A stretch of 64,000 bases of DNA from contig NC_058132.1 in the NCBI RefSeq assembly GCF_016433145.1, forward strand, positions 642,954,413 through 643,018,412, given 5' to 3'. Origin of the DNA: Gracilinanus agilis. Its lineage: Eukaryota. A model generated the notes under the pieces. It was not told the origin of the DNA. It saw nothing but the letters and a program-made list of their open reading frames with translations, and searched no databases. A program made the position numbers and the translations under genes. This document shows positions 11,711 through 25,349 of the stretch, in pieces (positions within the stretch are counted from its first letter, which is position 1; the number at the start of each line of letters is the position of its first letter).

Positions 11711-13676
11711 AGGTATGAATTTACGAAGCTGAGATTTGAACCCAGGTTTGACTAGGTCCTGTTCAAGGAGACCAGGTTGCCTGCTGTTGTCTCTAAAACA
11801 AATATAATCTCCCCTGTTTACTAGTCAGAGGATTTCTCCATCTAGCTCCAGGCTGTCTTCTCAGGTTGATTCCTCCTACATTCCAGGCTTCAAGCAAACT
11901 GTTCTTCCTGGTAACCAGCACTCCATCCCCCACCTCAGTGCTTCCTATAGCCAGCCCCCTTCACGCCCTCTCCTCTCACTTCAGTCTCCCATCAAGGCTC
12001 TGTGTTTAAGAGACTCTCTGAATTCTTCTGATTGTCCCTTTCTATGCATGTACATAAGTATGTCTGTATCTTCTTATTTAGTCATTTATTTGTATGTTTG
12101 CTTATTTAGTATAGAGCTTGTATTTACTTCTTTGCTAACACTATCTACGGACCTCTTCGAGCTTAGAGACAGTCTCCCCTTTGGATTCATATGCCTCCTG
12201 TCCCATGTGGAGAAGCCTGTGAGATTGGCATTCTTATTTTACAGGTGAGGAAACTGAGGCTCAGAGAAGCTCTCATTTGATTCATAAGTGTTAGAGGCAA
12301 ATTGTCTGATGCCAGACTAAACTCTCTGTCGATTCTACCTCAAATTCTTGATTCCATTCCTGCAAATTCAAAGTATTTTACAAAGACAACAGACTATTCC
12401 TGATATACATGTTTAATTCACCAGTCACCTCTGGTAATGGCTCAACTTTAGGGTAAAGTGAAGCAGCTGCCTTAGCAGCTTCCCAGACTTACTGCCCCCC
12501 CCCACCAACCCAGCACTGTCCTTGCCAGCCTGTCTGTCCTCTGGCATCTCTATCCCTGAGTTGCTAAACTCCTGGGCTTCATTTCACACTTAGATTTTTC
12601 TGGGCACATTGAGGAGGGGCTTTGATTTTTTTTCCACCAAAGCTACCATTCTATCAATCAAACAGTGAAAATTTCCTGAGCTTTTTCTCTGTGCTAAATA
12701 TGCTCTGCCCAAAGAAGAAAGGAAAGAGCAGACTGAATTAGCAAGTGTCTTCTGCTCTGATTCGCAGTTGCGAGTGCAACAAGAAACTGGGTGTATGACT
12801 TTGCAAAAGCCATCTCCCTTGAGCTCCTTCAGTGCAGGGATTGAGTTTGGCCTTTCCTTCTTTGTTTCTCTAGCGCTTGATGCAGAGTATCTCACAGAGT
12901 GGCCAATTAATAAATGCCATTTGACCTGGATCTATGTGGCCATTATCTCAGCTTGGCCTGTGGAGTGGTCCTCTTCACTGGGGGTCCCCTGAGACATGGT
13001 TAGTTAAAAAATGTCCATAGTTCTGAGAACTTTGGGTAAAGAATACTCTTGACAATCCCTTGAGCCATCTTCTTCCAAAGGAAAAAAAAGAGGTCTTTTA
13101 GACCCTCTGATTATCTACTTAAGGTGAATATACATTATTTATGATTCCCATGAATAACAATTTGGTTGGGAGCTGGAACCTGACATGGTAGGTAGACTCT
13201 GTCTGATCCAAATCACCTTCTCAGAGTGCCAGATAACCTTCTAAGGTTGCAAGTTCCATATAAATAGCCTTTTCATTCATAGAGAGCATCCCCAGGGCTC
13301 TGACTTCTCTGTGGTGATGAAATGACCCTCTGAAGCCCAGATGAGTAAATCTCTCTCTATGTTGCCTGAAGTTATCGAAATGTATTCCTCCTGACAAACC
13401 TATGGAACACAAGTGAGACTACCTTCTGTGGTTGACTTGTAGAATAGTGGCCCTGGAAGGAGCCTCAGAGATCATATCATCCTATATATATGGCTAGAGC
13501 CCAAAGATACAGCTTGGAAAACAAGCCCAGAAAGACGAAAGGGCTTTCTCAAGGCTCCTCAAGCTAGTAGATGACAGAGGGGAATGTTCTTCATAGACGT
13601 TACCTAATTTAGTCCTCTGATGAGCACCCTTCTTGGAGGGAGGACATGTGGACATGAACATCTCCATTGTATAGAT

Positions 13677-13849
13677 CAATTACTCCCAAACTTTTTTGGC
13701 CTACCGCCCCCTTTCCAGAAAAAAAAATTATTTAGCATCCCCTGGAAATTATGAAACTATTTATTGAACTCAGAATAGAGTGTAATACAAAAAAGTGTGG
13801 CCATCACTGCTCTCCTGGATCACTGCAGCACCCACTTTGGGAATCACTG
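13677..13849. mobile_element. hAT/Charlie-type MITE, copy 2
   Basis: Same ends as 10507-10700; perfect 8-bp TSD GTATAGAT at 13669-13676 and 13850-13857. Confidence 0.87.
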
Positions 13850-14613
13850 GTATAGATGCAAAAAGCCAAATGATCCTGGAACTTGAGTGGGAAGAGGCCT
13901 CCTTGGCCCATTAGTCTCTGCCTAAAGCTCTCGAAGAGGGAAACTATCACTTCTCCCAACACTCACTGCTCTTTTTTATACTTTGTCACTGTTTGGTAAT
14001 TGGGTGATGAAGCACATTTCTCTTATCTTTTCACCAACCTTCTGTTTTTTTTTCCATTCCCCCCCACATTTCAAGTGGCTGCCCTAGTGGATAGGACTAG
14101 TTTTAGCTTCACTTCTTCTGTGGCTTCTAATTCAAATGAAACATGCTGAAGTAGGTATTGACTAATTCCTTGGATATGGTTGTTAGAAAAGATGGAAGTC
14201 CTCTTCCAGAGAAAGAACTGATAAACGGAAATAAGTAAGACATAGTTTTTTATGTGCATATATCTTTTTGTTAAATGGTGCCTCCTCTAAAGGGGGAGGG
14301 GAGCTAGGGAAGGGATTTTTTTTATTGTATCAAAGAAACAAATTAAAACTAAATTAAAAAGAAAAGAAAAGATGGATATTGGGCCAGTTAGGTAGCCCAT
14401 CTCATAAGAGGCAGGAGTTTTCTATGGAATGGCATAGAGGAGCGATATCAGAAGAGTTTTAGCTTTCATTTACTTTCAGAAACCTGTATCTGGGTGCCTT
14501 GAAACAGCAAAGTGCTGCACAGGCAAGGAAGAGGCTGTTCTTATAATTAACAAGGAAACAAACCTGTCTTTGATTTAGAGGTATCAAGTATACCCTGACT
14601 CTCATATCCTCCC

Positions 14614-14615
<2 letters not shown>

Positions 14616-14661
<46 letters not shown>
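14616..14661. repeat. (AC)23 microsatellite
   Basis: Seen directly. Confidence 0.97.
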
Positions 14662-14663
<2 letters not shown>

Positions 14664-14717
14664 CATGACAACATTCTCCATTGTTCTGAAGGGATTTTGT
14701 TGGATTTGAATAGTAGC

Positions 14718-14720
<3 letters not shown>

Positions 14721-14778
<58 letters not shown>
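14721..14778. repeat. (GT)29 microsatellite
   Basis: Seen directly. Confidence 0.97.
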
Positions 14779-14780
<2 letters not shown>

Positions 14781-15561
14781 AGGTCATCCTCATAGCACCT
14801 GCAGGGTGCTTTTCACAGCAGGTGTGGTTTTAGGACATAGTGGGGAACCTCATTCATTTAGCGTCTTGTTCATCTGAATCTACAAGTGCTAAATGGCCTC
14901 CTTTTCATTCGTCTTTATTTTCTCCATGTGGCACTATGAGTCAAGAGCGAAGAGTCATTGAACAAAGGAGGGAGTAGATTTTGGACTCTGGAGTCCCTCC
15001 TTGCTGTGTTACCTCCAAGTCTTTGCAGCAATTTCCTTTGACCAAAGTGAGGAAAAATCACGATATCTGGTGCTCATTAATGATAGCTCCTGGGACTTCC
15101 TGAGCACTTTCCTTAGACAACTCTTCAAAGTAAGGTATTAGACATTTCTCAGCCCATAACCAGGATGTGCTTCACTCCAAAGGGGAAGGGCACGTGTCCC
15201 CTGTGAGAGAACAATAGGAAGTCTCCATGATGTCATTTGACTCCAAGACAGCTGTCCCAAAGCCAGAGCTCTATGACATCATACTGCCTTTCAACAGAAC
15301 AAGGAAAACTTTGCACCTTTGAATTATTCATGGTTTAAGATTTAGAAATACCATGTAAACTCCAATCAAATTAAGGTAAATGCTTTGCAAAAGCTACATG
15401 CACTTAATTACATAGACATGCAACAAGGGGATGTCTTAGAAGAAAATTAAGACATCAATTTGGGCCTGATTTTGTTTTATATGCAAATTAGCAGTAGAAG
15501 GGACTAGAGCATTATCTGCAGGAGAGTGGGAGTGGATATCTGTACCACCTACACCCATACA

Positions 15562-15564
<3 letters not shown>

Positions 15565-15606
<42 letters not shown>
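15565..15606. repeat. (AC)n microsatellite
   Basis: Seen directly. Confidence 0.97.
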
Positions 15607-15608
<2 letters not shown>

Positions 15609-15789
15609 TATTAAAAATTCTAATTTGGTAAGTACTGAACAAAGAAATCCAAGTGAGCCTGTAGTGTTGGCAGGTGCAGGATCATCAGTATCCAGTGGAG
15701 GGCAGTGTTACTGCGTCGTATTTGATGAGAAACCCCAAGGAAGAAACAGAAATTGAGCATTTATTTCTGAATCAGGAAGGCTAGATTCA

Positions 15790-16420
15790 AATCACAGAAT
15801 AATAGTTTAGAATCAGAGGGCATTTGAGGTCTTCTGGTCCAGCCCCCTTATGTTAGTGATGAGGAGAGAGACCCAGAGAGGTCAAGTCACCTTCCTAGCG
15901 TCACACAGATATTAAGTACCAGAAAGGGAGTGCAAATATAGGTCCCCTGACTTCAAATCCAGCAATGCTGGTCTTGAGATTTATGCTATAGATGGTTTGA
16001 GGTCACTGACTTCCAACTGATGAGATCCGTGTCCTCATTTGTAAAATGATGGATCTACACTAGATAAATGCCAAGGTTCCCCTTGGCTCTAAATACTGTC
16101 ATCCAATCCAGACAAGTTCAAGGCTCCTTATTCCTCTGAGGCCACAGTGAATTTGAACTAATGCCCCAAGGGAACTGACAGTGACTTTTTCCTAAAGACC
16201 TTTTCTCCCTAAACAGCAGGGCATTCCAGGTTCCAGTGGATTCTCCAACCTAACCCTGGAGGTACATAATGAATTAATAGCAGCAAAGGGCTTCCATCTA
16301 CATTTTACAGTCAATAAGTGAGGCCCCTAAATGTTAAGTGATTTGCCCAAGGCCAGCCAAGTAGTAAGATTCAAAGGTGACATTTGAAGTCAGATCCCCT
16401 CTCTCCAGTCAGTCATCTTC
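15790..16420. mobile_element. Cluster of MIR-family fragments
   Basis: CORE-like motifs in both orientations (GATGAGGAGAGAGACCCAGAGAGGTCAAGTCAC; CCTCATTTGTAAAATG). Confidence 0.6.
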
Positions 16421-17656
16421 ACCATGTGCCACATTACCTCCTGGAATGCCTTGAATAATTGTGGTAGAGAGATTATTTTTGCTTGGTCAGTGAGAGTCCT
16501 GGGATTGCCCATGGTAGGATTATCCATTTAATCAGACCTTTAAAAAGGAAGGACTTCAAAATATGGAGATAGATTGGAGGTGAGGGAGGAGGTAAAAATC
16601 CAATTTAAGGGTGGGGAACAGTGTAACCCAATGCACAGAGGCAGAGGAGGGTAGGATGAGAATCCATGTAACATTTTAGTGAAGATATGGGAAGTGTGGA
16701 GTTCATTGTTCTCATACCACCTTGTTTAATAAAAGACAGAGTTGGAGCCATGGTCTAATTCATCAGCTAATTCAGGAAATAACTCATTCTCACCTTTGCA
16801 TCTTTCAGCATTCTTATTTATATCTTTCCATAAATCTCCCATACCATATTACTTCAGAAGATCCAAGCCCTTCCTCTAGGTCTTTAGTTATTGAAAAAAA
16901 AAATCCCAGTGCAGCTCTCTGGCAGACTGTCTGTTATCCTTACCTCTTACCGTATGACCAATCTACTTCCTTTTGGCCCATGGATGATATTGAAGTTGTC
17001 CTTTTTTTAAAAAAAATTGTCAGTTTTTAAAGAATTATTTAAATTTTTTCATGTCCAAGTACTCATGGGTAATATGCTACAGCCCACATGTCCCTTTTAT
17101 GTATGCTTCCATTAGACTCTGGTATTGATGAGGTAGGTATTTTCAGTAAGAAAGACAAGAGAGTAAAAGGGGAAGGAAGAGAGGGAGGGAGGTGCAGAGA
17201 CAGAGACCCAAACCCTAGCAGCCTCTTAATCAGAGAAGTGAAGTGATTTCACTAGGACTCTCACCAAAATATGTTGATTGCCCAAGTGAACAAAATTGCC
17301 TCCTACTGAAGAACAGGTTGAAACAGGGGTGCAGCCAATAAGCACAACGTCAGCAGAATTTCCCCCTTGTCTGAATGGCCTGCTCTTTTGGCATAAAGAC
17401 CCTGAGCTCAGTCTGATGATAGGAGAAGCAAGCATGAAAGTGAAAGCCAATAGCCTTTAACCTGGGACCCAGGTCCTAGGTGAACCAAGGCTAGACACCT
17501 GTCCCTACCTCTGGGTGTAATGTGCTCCAAATGAGCCACAATTGATCCAGAGTACCAATAGCAGCTAAACATTGATAGACATGTCTCAATCATCAATGGT
17601 GCATTAATAGAAGCATGTAATGAATTCAACCCAGTATTTATCAATAAAAAGAGACT

Positions 17657-18044
17657 TGTAGACTCTGAAAATAGTGCAGTAAAACTTTACTTCTGAATGC
17701 ATAGTTTCTCCTCTTGAACTAGAGATATGATCTCTCTGTTATTTAGAAGGTAAGGCGGGTGGTTCTCTTGAATTTCGTGAATTTTGAACTATAAGAGGAC
17801 TAAGCCAATTGGAGATTCATAGTATGTTTGACATTTGTGTGGTATACCCTTAGGAGTGAGGTCTACCAGATTGCTTATGGAAGAATAGACTCCTAGGTCA
17901 GGGGGGAAAAATATTAAATTCTCCTGCTCACCAGATTGGCACTGGGACTATAGGGAAAAATATAAACAAAAATAAATACTACTACTCTCACATCCAGTAA
18001 ACAGTTAATAAATAGTTCTATTGAATTTCACCACCCTTCTTACA
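17657..18044 (+). mobile_element. Possible solo LTR
   Basis: TGTA...TACA termini with CCAAT (~17805), TATAAA (17961) and AATAAA (17971, 18007) in LTR order. The right TSD cannot be checked because a gap starts at 18046. Confidence 0.45.
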
Positions 18045-18045
18045 A

Positions 18046-18176
18046 NNNNNNNNNNNNNNNNNNNNNNNNNNNNNNNNNNNNNNNNNNNNNNNNNNNNNNN
18101 NNNNNNNNNNNNNNNNNNNNNNNNNNNNNNNNNNNNNNNNNNNNNNNNNNNNNNNNNNNNNNNNNNNNNNNNNNNN
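18046..18176. other. Assembly gap (131 N)
   Basis: Run of N. Confidence 0.99.
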
Positions 18177-18308
18177 GATCTACCTATCCATGGACACTTC
18201 AATATTGGTCAATGTTGAAAAGATGGGCCTGAGGTAACCTCCACATTATGTCAGGGCAGATCAGAAGATTGGGGAAGAATCGATACTGCCTTTCATGTTT
18301 GTTTACAA

Positions 18309-18395
18309 CAAAGGCTGGCAAACATTGGCTCAGGCATTCAATCTGACCTGCTGTCTGATTTCATACGGCCCCTGAGCTAAGAATGGTTTTGAAAA
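18309..18395 (+). mobile_element. MER58/Cheshire-like hAT left-end fragment
   Basis: CAAAGGCTGGCAAAC...TACGGCCCCTGAGCTAAGAATGGTTTT resembles the MER58-type 5' end as I remember it. Confidence 0.55.
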
Positions 18396-21300
18396 ATATA
18401 AAAAGGGTCTGGAGTTGGCTAACTCTTGACCTATAGTAAAGTCAGTGAAGTCATCTTAGCATGTAGAGCCCTAATATCTTCATGAACATGGCAAAAGAGG
18501 AATGTTAAAAATCTTCTGTAGGTGGATTGAAGACAGATTCATTTGGGAAGAGAAGCGAAATTGGCTCTTTAAGAAGAGTGGTGAAAGTCAATGCAACAAA
18601 TCTTTCTTAACTGTTTATTATGTGGAAGGTGTTAGAACTTCTCTGTCAGAAACCCAAAACAGGTCTTCTCCTCAATGTGTTTATATTATAAGGAATATTC
18701 ACATGGACTTGGGTCCAAGGGAGGGACATATTATATCTGTATTTGGGAAGATCATGTTTTAGCTGTTTGGAGGATGAGTGAGAGAGGGGACTGCAATCTG
18801 AGAGAACAATGAGGAGAACATGCCTTACTCCTGATTCCTGGCTAAAATAGTGACTGTGGGAGGGAAGGGAAAAGGTGGGCTTTGGATTGGAGACCTTGTG
18901 GAGAGTTAGAATTAACTAGACTTAGCAGCTGATAGGAGAGAAGTAGATGGAAACCAAAGACACCGATGAGTCAAAGATGACTCAGAGGTTGAGAATCTCA
19001 GCAACTAAAAAGATAGTGAGATACTCATTAGAAACTGGAGACTTTGGAGAACAGGTTGATCCTGTTGATATCTAAAGAAGCAATGTCAGCATTAGGAACT
19101 TGATCCTATGGGACCACAGGTGGCTGACAAAGAGGCCAAAAATTCAGTGGAATAAAGCAATGGCCATTTCTCTGTACAGATAGAGATAAACAAAAAAAAT
19201 CATTCAATATCATACATATGAAGATTTTTTTCAAGGAGTTTATTTTGTATAAATATTTCCATAATCAAGCTGAGTAGAATTTTGTTTTAGGGGCCTACGA
19301 GGCCATGCAGTGCTGATTCCAGCTCTTACTTCTCACTTTTATCCTCATTAATTCCCTAGAAATATTCAGGTAACAAATATGACTTGTCATTGAATGTGAT
19401 TTGTCAGGATCCCTGATTCCAGAATTATGGTAGATCGAGCCCCGTTATTGGCTGATGGATTGCTCTTTGAGCAAGTCACAATTAAGTAAGGGATCGATGT
19501 TGGCATTTTAGATTTCAAATGAATTCAATCCCCTTTTGAAAGCCCTTGCAAGTAGGACCATACGTTAAAATGTGTTCCTCTTTGGCCTTTTTCAGTCCCA
19601 TCTCTAAAAGCTTTTCAATAGATAGCCTTGGAAACAGATCCTATTTCCTCTTTTGGTAGCTCCTTATGAACTGGGAGAGTCCTTAGCTTGTAGTACTCCT
19701 GAGTTAACTTTTCAGTGCTATGAATGCATTCCTCTTTGGCCCAGTGGCTATGCTGACATTTTTTTCAGAATAGAATTGGAAACCCTTTCCCAGTCCCCAT
19801 ATTTACCTCCAGAGTCAGAGTATCCTGCACATCACTATTAAGTGTGGCTTCCTGGTGAAGCCCACATTTCATATGAAAGATCGAAATGGGGATTAATGTG
19901 ACTATTTACCACCTAGTTATTCTTCTTCTTTCCTAACTTCTGGATCAAATGGGTCTGAGATCATTTTCTATAGTTCTGTTAAAGTGGTTTATTCTATCTT
20001 TAAAATTTTTTTCATAAATTTCCCTCTTTTAGAAGTTCTAAGACAAAAGTTGGTATAAAAGAGGGATAAAACCTTTGCCATGTTGCATCCACATTTTTCT
20101 CTTTATTTTCATAAAGTTGTTTTGCATCCATCCATGTTAATGGATGTTTTACATGTTATTGTAATCATCTTTTCCTTGTGCGAGAGTGAGGTTTGGGGTA
20201 TGGCATCAAAGCTGATAATATGAAGGATCCTGACAAAAGATTGAGACATTTCAGGGTGTTCATCAGCTGTTCATCTTTGGAAAGAGGCTTCCTTGAGCCG
20301 ATTCTTGGATGTGAGTCCTTTCTGAGGAGTTGCAAGCTCAAATTAGGAATAACAAACCTAGCACAAGGAGAGTTGCTAAGAACCCTCAAAGATGGGTGAT
20401 GATGGAGCCCAAAGAATAAGCTTGTCCAACTCCATCAAATTCACTCTAGTCACCTCTTGAGGTTCAGATCCTTGGCTTGGGGACATATACTACACATCAC
20501 TTTTAACACTATTCTGAGGTTATCATTTTCCTCTTAGCATGTTGTTATCCTACTTGCTCTCAGTGTGTGTCGTGGGGCAGACGGAATGCAGAACTCGATG
20601 TAACACCCTGGCAAATGCAGTCTGAGCAGAGCAAACAAGGGTGTGCAATCATTACCACAATGCCTTTCCCCAGTGGAAAAACAAAACAAAATAAGAAGTA
20701 TAATTCAATGACCTGGGGCTGATCTATGAAAAACTTTCTCCACATGCACAGAGATAGAAAACATCCCTGGGCAGCATGATGGGGGGGGGGGAATGCAACA
20801 GAAAAGTGATTATCTCAGTGTCAGAGGATTTGGATTCAAATCCCAGTACCTGAGTGACCTAGGTGAAGTCATTTCTCTCAGGATATTAGTTCCTATATCA
20901 ATAGAATGGAGAGATTAGATAGCATGATCTCTAAGATCCCTTCCAACTCTAACATTCTACATTACTAAATTGTTTCCAACTTGTAGTCAGAACCTCTCTG
21001 TTTGCCTCAATTCTCTCAATTAGGCATGTGCCTATATGTCTCTAAGATCCAGTTTCTTCATTTGGAAAAAAAAGAGCAATCTTACATAATTTTCATTGGG
21101 TGATACTTCTCTCCTTTGATCTCCCTTTGTATTTCTCTCATGTGTTCCCTTAATTTTGTACAACGTGTGCTCTATTAAAGATTTTAAAATATCTATTAAA
21201 GCATAAGGTTCATTGAAGGCCAGAAGCAATCTCAATTATCTTTGTATAGTATTACAGGGAGCTTTGCCTTCAGAGAGACTGCATGGATGGCCACTGGTTT

Positions 21301-22130
21301 CAGGGTCATGAAGAATTGAATTCAAGTCCTGCCCTTGAACCATCCTGGCCACGTGGCCCTAAGCTTGTCACTTAACCTTTATGGGCCCCGGGCAACTTTC
21401 TGAGACTAAAGTAGTAGAGCTGATCCCCCCTGGGAAAAGTGTGCTGAGTTCCCTGGGAAAGCATTCTGACAAGATCCCTTGTCTGAAACCCATGGACTTG
21501 GTCAAGTTTTGGAGCACCGAAATGCATTTAAAGGAAGATTAGTGTTAACTCTTAAGCATGGGGGGATGACAGGGATGTACTGAATGGCTATATTAGAGAA
21601 ATAGACTTCCTATCATTTGTCCCTATTTAAATGATCCCTGTGCAGACATTCATGAAATACCTGCAATATTCTGGGCACTGTCAAAGCAGAAATAAAAGGG
21701 AAAGTTCTTGTCTTCAAGAAACCTAGAGATAATCTCTGCCTATACAATGAGTGCTAGTAACAAGTACATTATTCTGTCCATGTCCCTATCTCATCTATCC
21801 ATCTTATCTGTCTGTCTGTCTGTCTGTCTGTCTGCCTGTCTAGCTAGCTCACTGGGTCTGTTAGACCTGGGATTTGATTGTCATGGCGATCTCTTGTTGA
21901 AGAAATGTTTCTACTCATTAGGCTAGTGTAAGCTCCACCCCTTAGAGTCTTTGAGAGCTGCCCAAGAGAATGACAGGCTAAGTCACTTATCCAGCATCAC
22001 AGGAATCAGTAAGATAAGGCTAGAAATCAGTTATCTTCCTGACTAAAATGCCAGCTCTCTGACCATTAGACCATCATGCCTCTCAGAATGGAAAGCTCCC
22101 CCAAATGCTGCCCAGGACCTCAGAAGAGCG

Positions 22131-22320
22131 TTTTTTATGTTTATTTTTTAACCCTTAACTTCTGTGTATTGGCTCATAGGTGGAAGTGGTAAGGGTGGGC
22201 AATGGGGGTCAAGTGACTTGCCCAGGGTCACACAGCTGGGAAGTGTCTGAGGCCAGATTTGAACCCAGGACCTCCAGTCTCTAGGCCTGACTCTCAATCC
22301 ACTGAGCTACCCAGCTGCCC
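22131..22320 (-). mobile_element. Young SINE (SINE1_Mdo-like)
   Basis: Full length; TSD CCTCAGAAGAGC at 22118-22129 and 22321-22332. Confidence 0.9.
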
Positions 22321-23106
22321 CCTCAGAAGAGCATTTTAAAAAGAAGTTGCTAGCAACTTGGGCATGGCTAAGGAGGGAGAGGGGAAGGAAGCCCCTTTTT
22401 ACATAAGGGGGCCTTTATCTCTGATGACACTGTGTTCTTCTCATTTGTTTTCTCACTATCTCCATCTTTTCTATCTCTTGGTTTTAATTCTCTTCAGAAA
22501 AATGGCCTGCTTTTTTTTTTTATCTCCATACCTCCCTGGGGATGAATTCTTTATTCTTTTCTCCACTTGAATCTCCTATTTTTCAAAAAGGACAAGTTCA
22601 ACGACTACATCCATTCATTCTTCATTCCCTTTTTAATTTGTACTTTATTTTGCCTCTGCTTTGAATATGATAATAATATTTATTATTGTTAATATTCCTT
22701 ATATAACACATTAAAGTTTTCAAAGCTCTCTATATGTATATATTATCACCTGTGATCCTCACTCAAACTCTTTAGGGATGTACTCATTTTACAAATGAGA
22801 AAATTCAAGCTGAGAGATTCTGAGTGACTTACCCAAGGTCACATGGGTTACGTGTAAGGCAAGAGTCATCATTTTTCACTTCAGGGCCAGCATTATATAC
22901 ACAATGGCTTCTAGCTACCTTCCATGGAACATCCTACTGAATCTAAACCCTGATATAATTTAGCCATTATATTTGTTCTGAAAATATATGAACTGTAAAT
23001 TCCTATCCAGCCCTAATATATGAACAGATGTGCATGTGTGTTACTAGTAGGCAATAAGCAGACAATAATTTAAATCTTTTTTACATTTCTTAAGATTAAT
23101 TTTTTA

Positions 23107-23299
23107 GGGGGAGCAGCTGGGTAGCTCAGTGGATTGAGAGTCAGGCCTAGAGACAGGAGATACTAGATTCAAATCCAGCCTCAGACACTTCCCAGCTGTG
23201 TGACCCTGGGCAAGTCACTTGACCCCCATTGCCCACCCTTACCACTCTTCCACCTATGAACCAATATACAGAAGTTAAGGGTTTAAAAAAATAAAAAAA
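23107..23299 (+). mobile_element. Young SINE (SINE1_Mdo-like)
   Basis: Full length with A-tail; TSD core AAGATTAAT at 23092-23100 and 23298-23306. Confidence 0.9.
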
Positions 23300-25349
23300 G
23301 ATTAATCCTTTATTTTAAGCTAGTACAAGTCACCATGCTCATGAGTTAATGATAATACATGTAAGCAGCACACATATATTTGTTTTACAAGTCCAAGTAC
23401 CTATTTATTATGAATCAACAACCTAGTTTTCTTTTCCCGATTTCATCTTGCTGCAGGTTCTTGCTTCAACTATTATGTCGCATATTATAAACATTGCGCT
23501 ATATATAAATATAAATACATGCGTATGGATGTCTGTGTAAACATATATTGAGAGAGAGAAAGAGAGAGACAGAGACAGAGAGAGACAGAGAGACTCTTTA
23601 CTCATTCACTTAACAATTGTATTTGGAAATTGAGAGACACTGATTTCAATTTTAGTTTTGCCATTGACTCTGTGCCCAGCCTGAAGCCAATTGTCTTCCC
23701 AAGGTTTAGTGCCCCACCATAAAAATGAGAATAATAACTATCCCTAATCAATCATAATAAAAGGTTGGGAATTAGATGACACAATCATAATCCTGGAAGT
23801 TTAGGGTTAGAGCCTTTGATCTAAAAGTACCTCCAAGTGCTTTTACCCATCATATATGTCCTTCCAAGTACTCCCAGCAAACCTGAGCCAGAGGAGGAGG
23901 TTTAAACTTGCACAAGTTCCCATTTTCCTGAATAAGGTGCCATGAAAATCACATTCAGTTTGACTTACAATGCCTGCAGTGGCCCAGGCATGGCATTAGT
24001 TTCAGGGAAACTGACATGAGATGTTCCTTTCCTTTAAGAACTTAAAGAACGTTTTAAAGCGTGATGGGCGAGGATAAGCAAAGGATTTAGGCAGTTTGAG
24101 GAAGTGTTTAGGGAGAAGGAATCATTTCCACTTTCATGATCACATATTCTTGAAAATCTTTTTTTAAATCAGGAAATAGCAGTTTGCCAGGTTTGATGAG
24201 CTTATTGGGAAATTGACTTTAACTTCGTGCCAAACTTAGGAAAAATGATTTTAAGTGATCAACAACTGAAGATGTTTGTAGTAGAGGCAGCTCTACTTGT
24301 TCATCATACTGGCACTTGACTTGACACTTATCCAGTATTTTAAAGCTTACAAAATTCTTTATATATATTATCTCCTTTGATTATCAAAACAATCCAGGGT
24401 AGGAGATGAGTCTTACTCTGAAGTTATCCTCTTTTACAGATGAGAAAACTGAGATCAGCAGATGTTATTTGACTTGTCCATTGCCTGAGTATTGTAGACA
24501 AGATTTGAACTCAATGTGTCCTGAGCCCCAAGTTCAAGAACTGCTAGAACAAACTAACAGTGAAAGTTTCTAGAACACAAAAGACGAATGTTCCAATTGG
24601 TTCCAATCCCAGACACCATGTCTCTATTTCTGGATATCCCAAAGATAAAGACCTAGAATGGGCTGAGACTTGTGATGAAGGCTAAGAATGGCCGAATTGC
24701 TTTTTTCCGCTGGGTTGATGGCAGGCTGAAGAATAAAGTAGGAAAACAACGAATGCATAGTGTGAATCAGGCAATAACAGCAGATGCCAGACAGAAGTCA
24801 AAATCACTCAACCCCTCTTGTGCTTCTATTTTCACTCTCTATAAGAATGATCTTCAGCCTGTGAAAGACAGAACAACAATGATTTCACTTTCTGCCTAAC
24901 TAAGATAAGTGAGGAGATAGTAGGAGAGCATAACGCTGCCTTTAGTGAGTTTGTCACTTCTTCTGATAAATGACGTTCCCAGAGTATTGGAGGAACTTGG
25001 ATGTGAGGAGATGGGATAAAGAACTGGAAGGGACCTTAGAGGTCATGAAGCCTCAGTCCCTCATTGTTTAGAGCAGAAAACTAGTTTCTACCAAGTAGGA
25101 AGTATTCAAAGCATCATTTGAACCCAGGTTTTTCTCAGTCCTAAGTCATTACTCTGTGGATCTCTATATTATCATTCAGCACAGTGAAATAACTTAACAA
25201 AGGAGAAAAAGTTGGTGAGAGTCGGCATTTTAAAGGAGGTCTTCTGATTCCAAATCCAGAGCTCTTTGTATTAAAACTCATAGCACTGTTCTATAATATT
25301 AAGGCTATTAGTATTTCAGGGCTAGAGAAGAACAAATACACCCATTCTA

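Noticed and set aside
22344-22359. 16-bp palindrome AAGTTGCTAGCAACTT (RFX-like)
   Set aside because: About one 8-bp-arm palindrome is expected per 64 kb; no other support.
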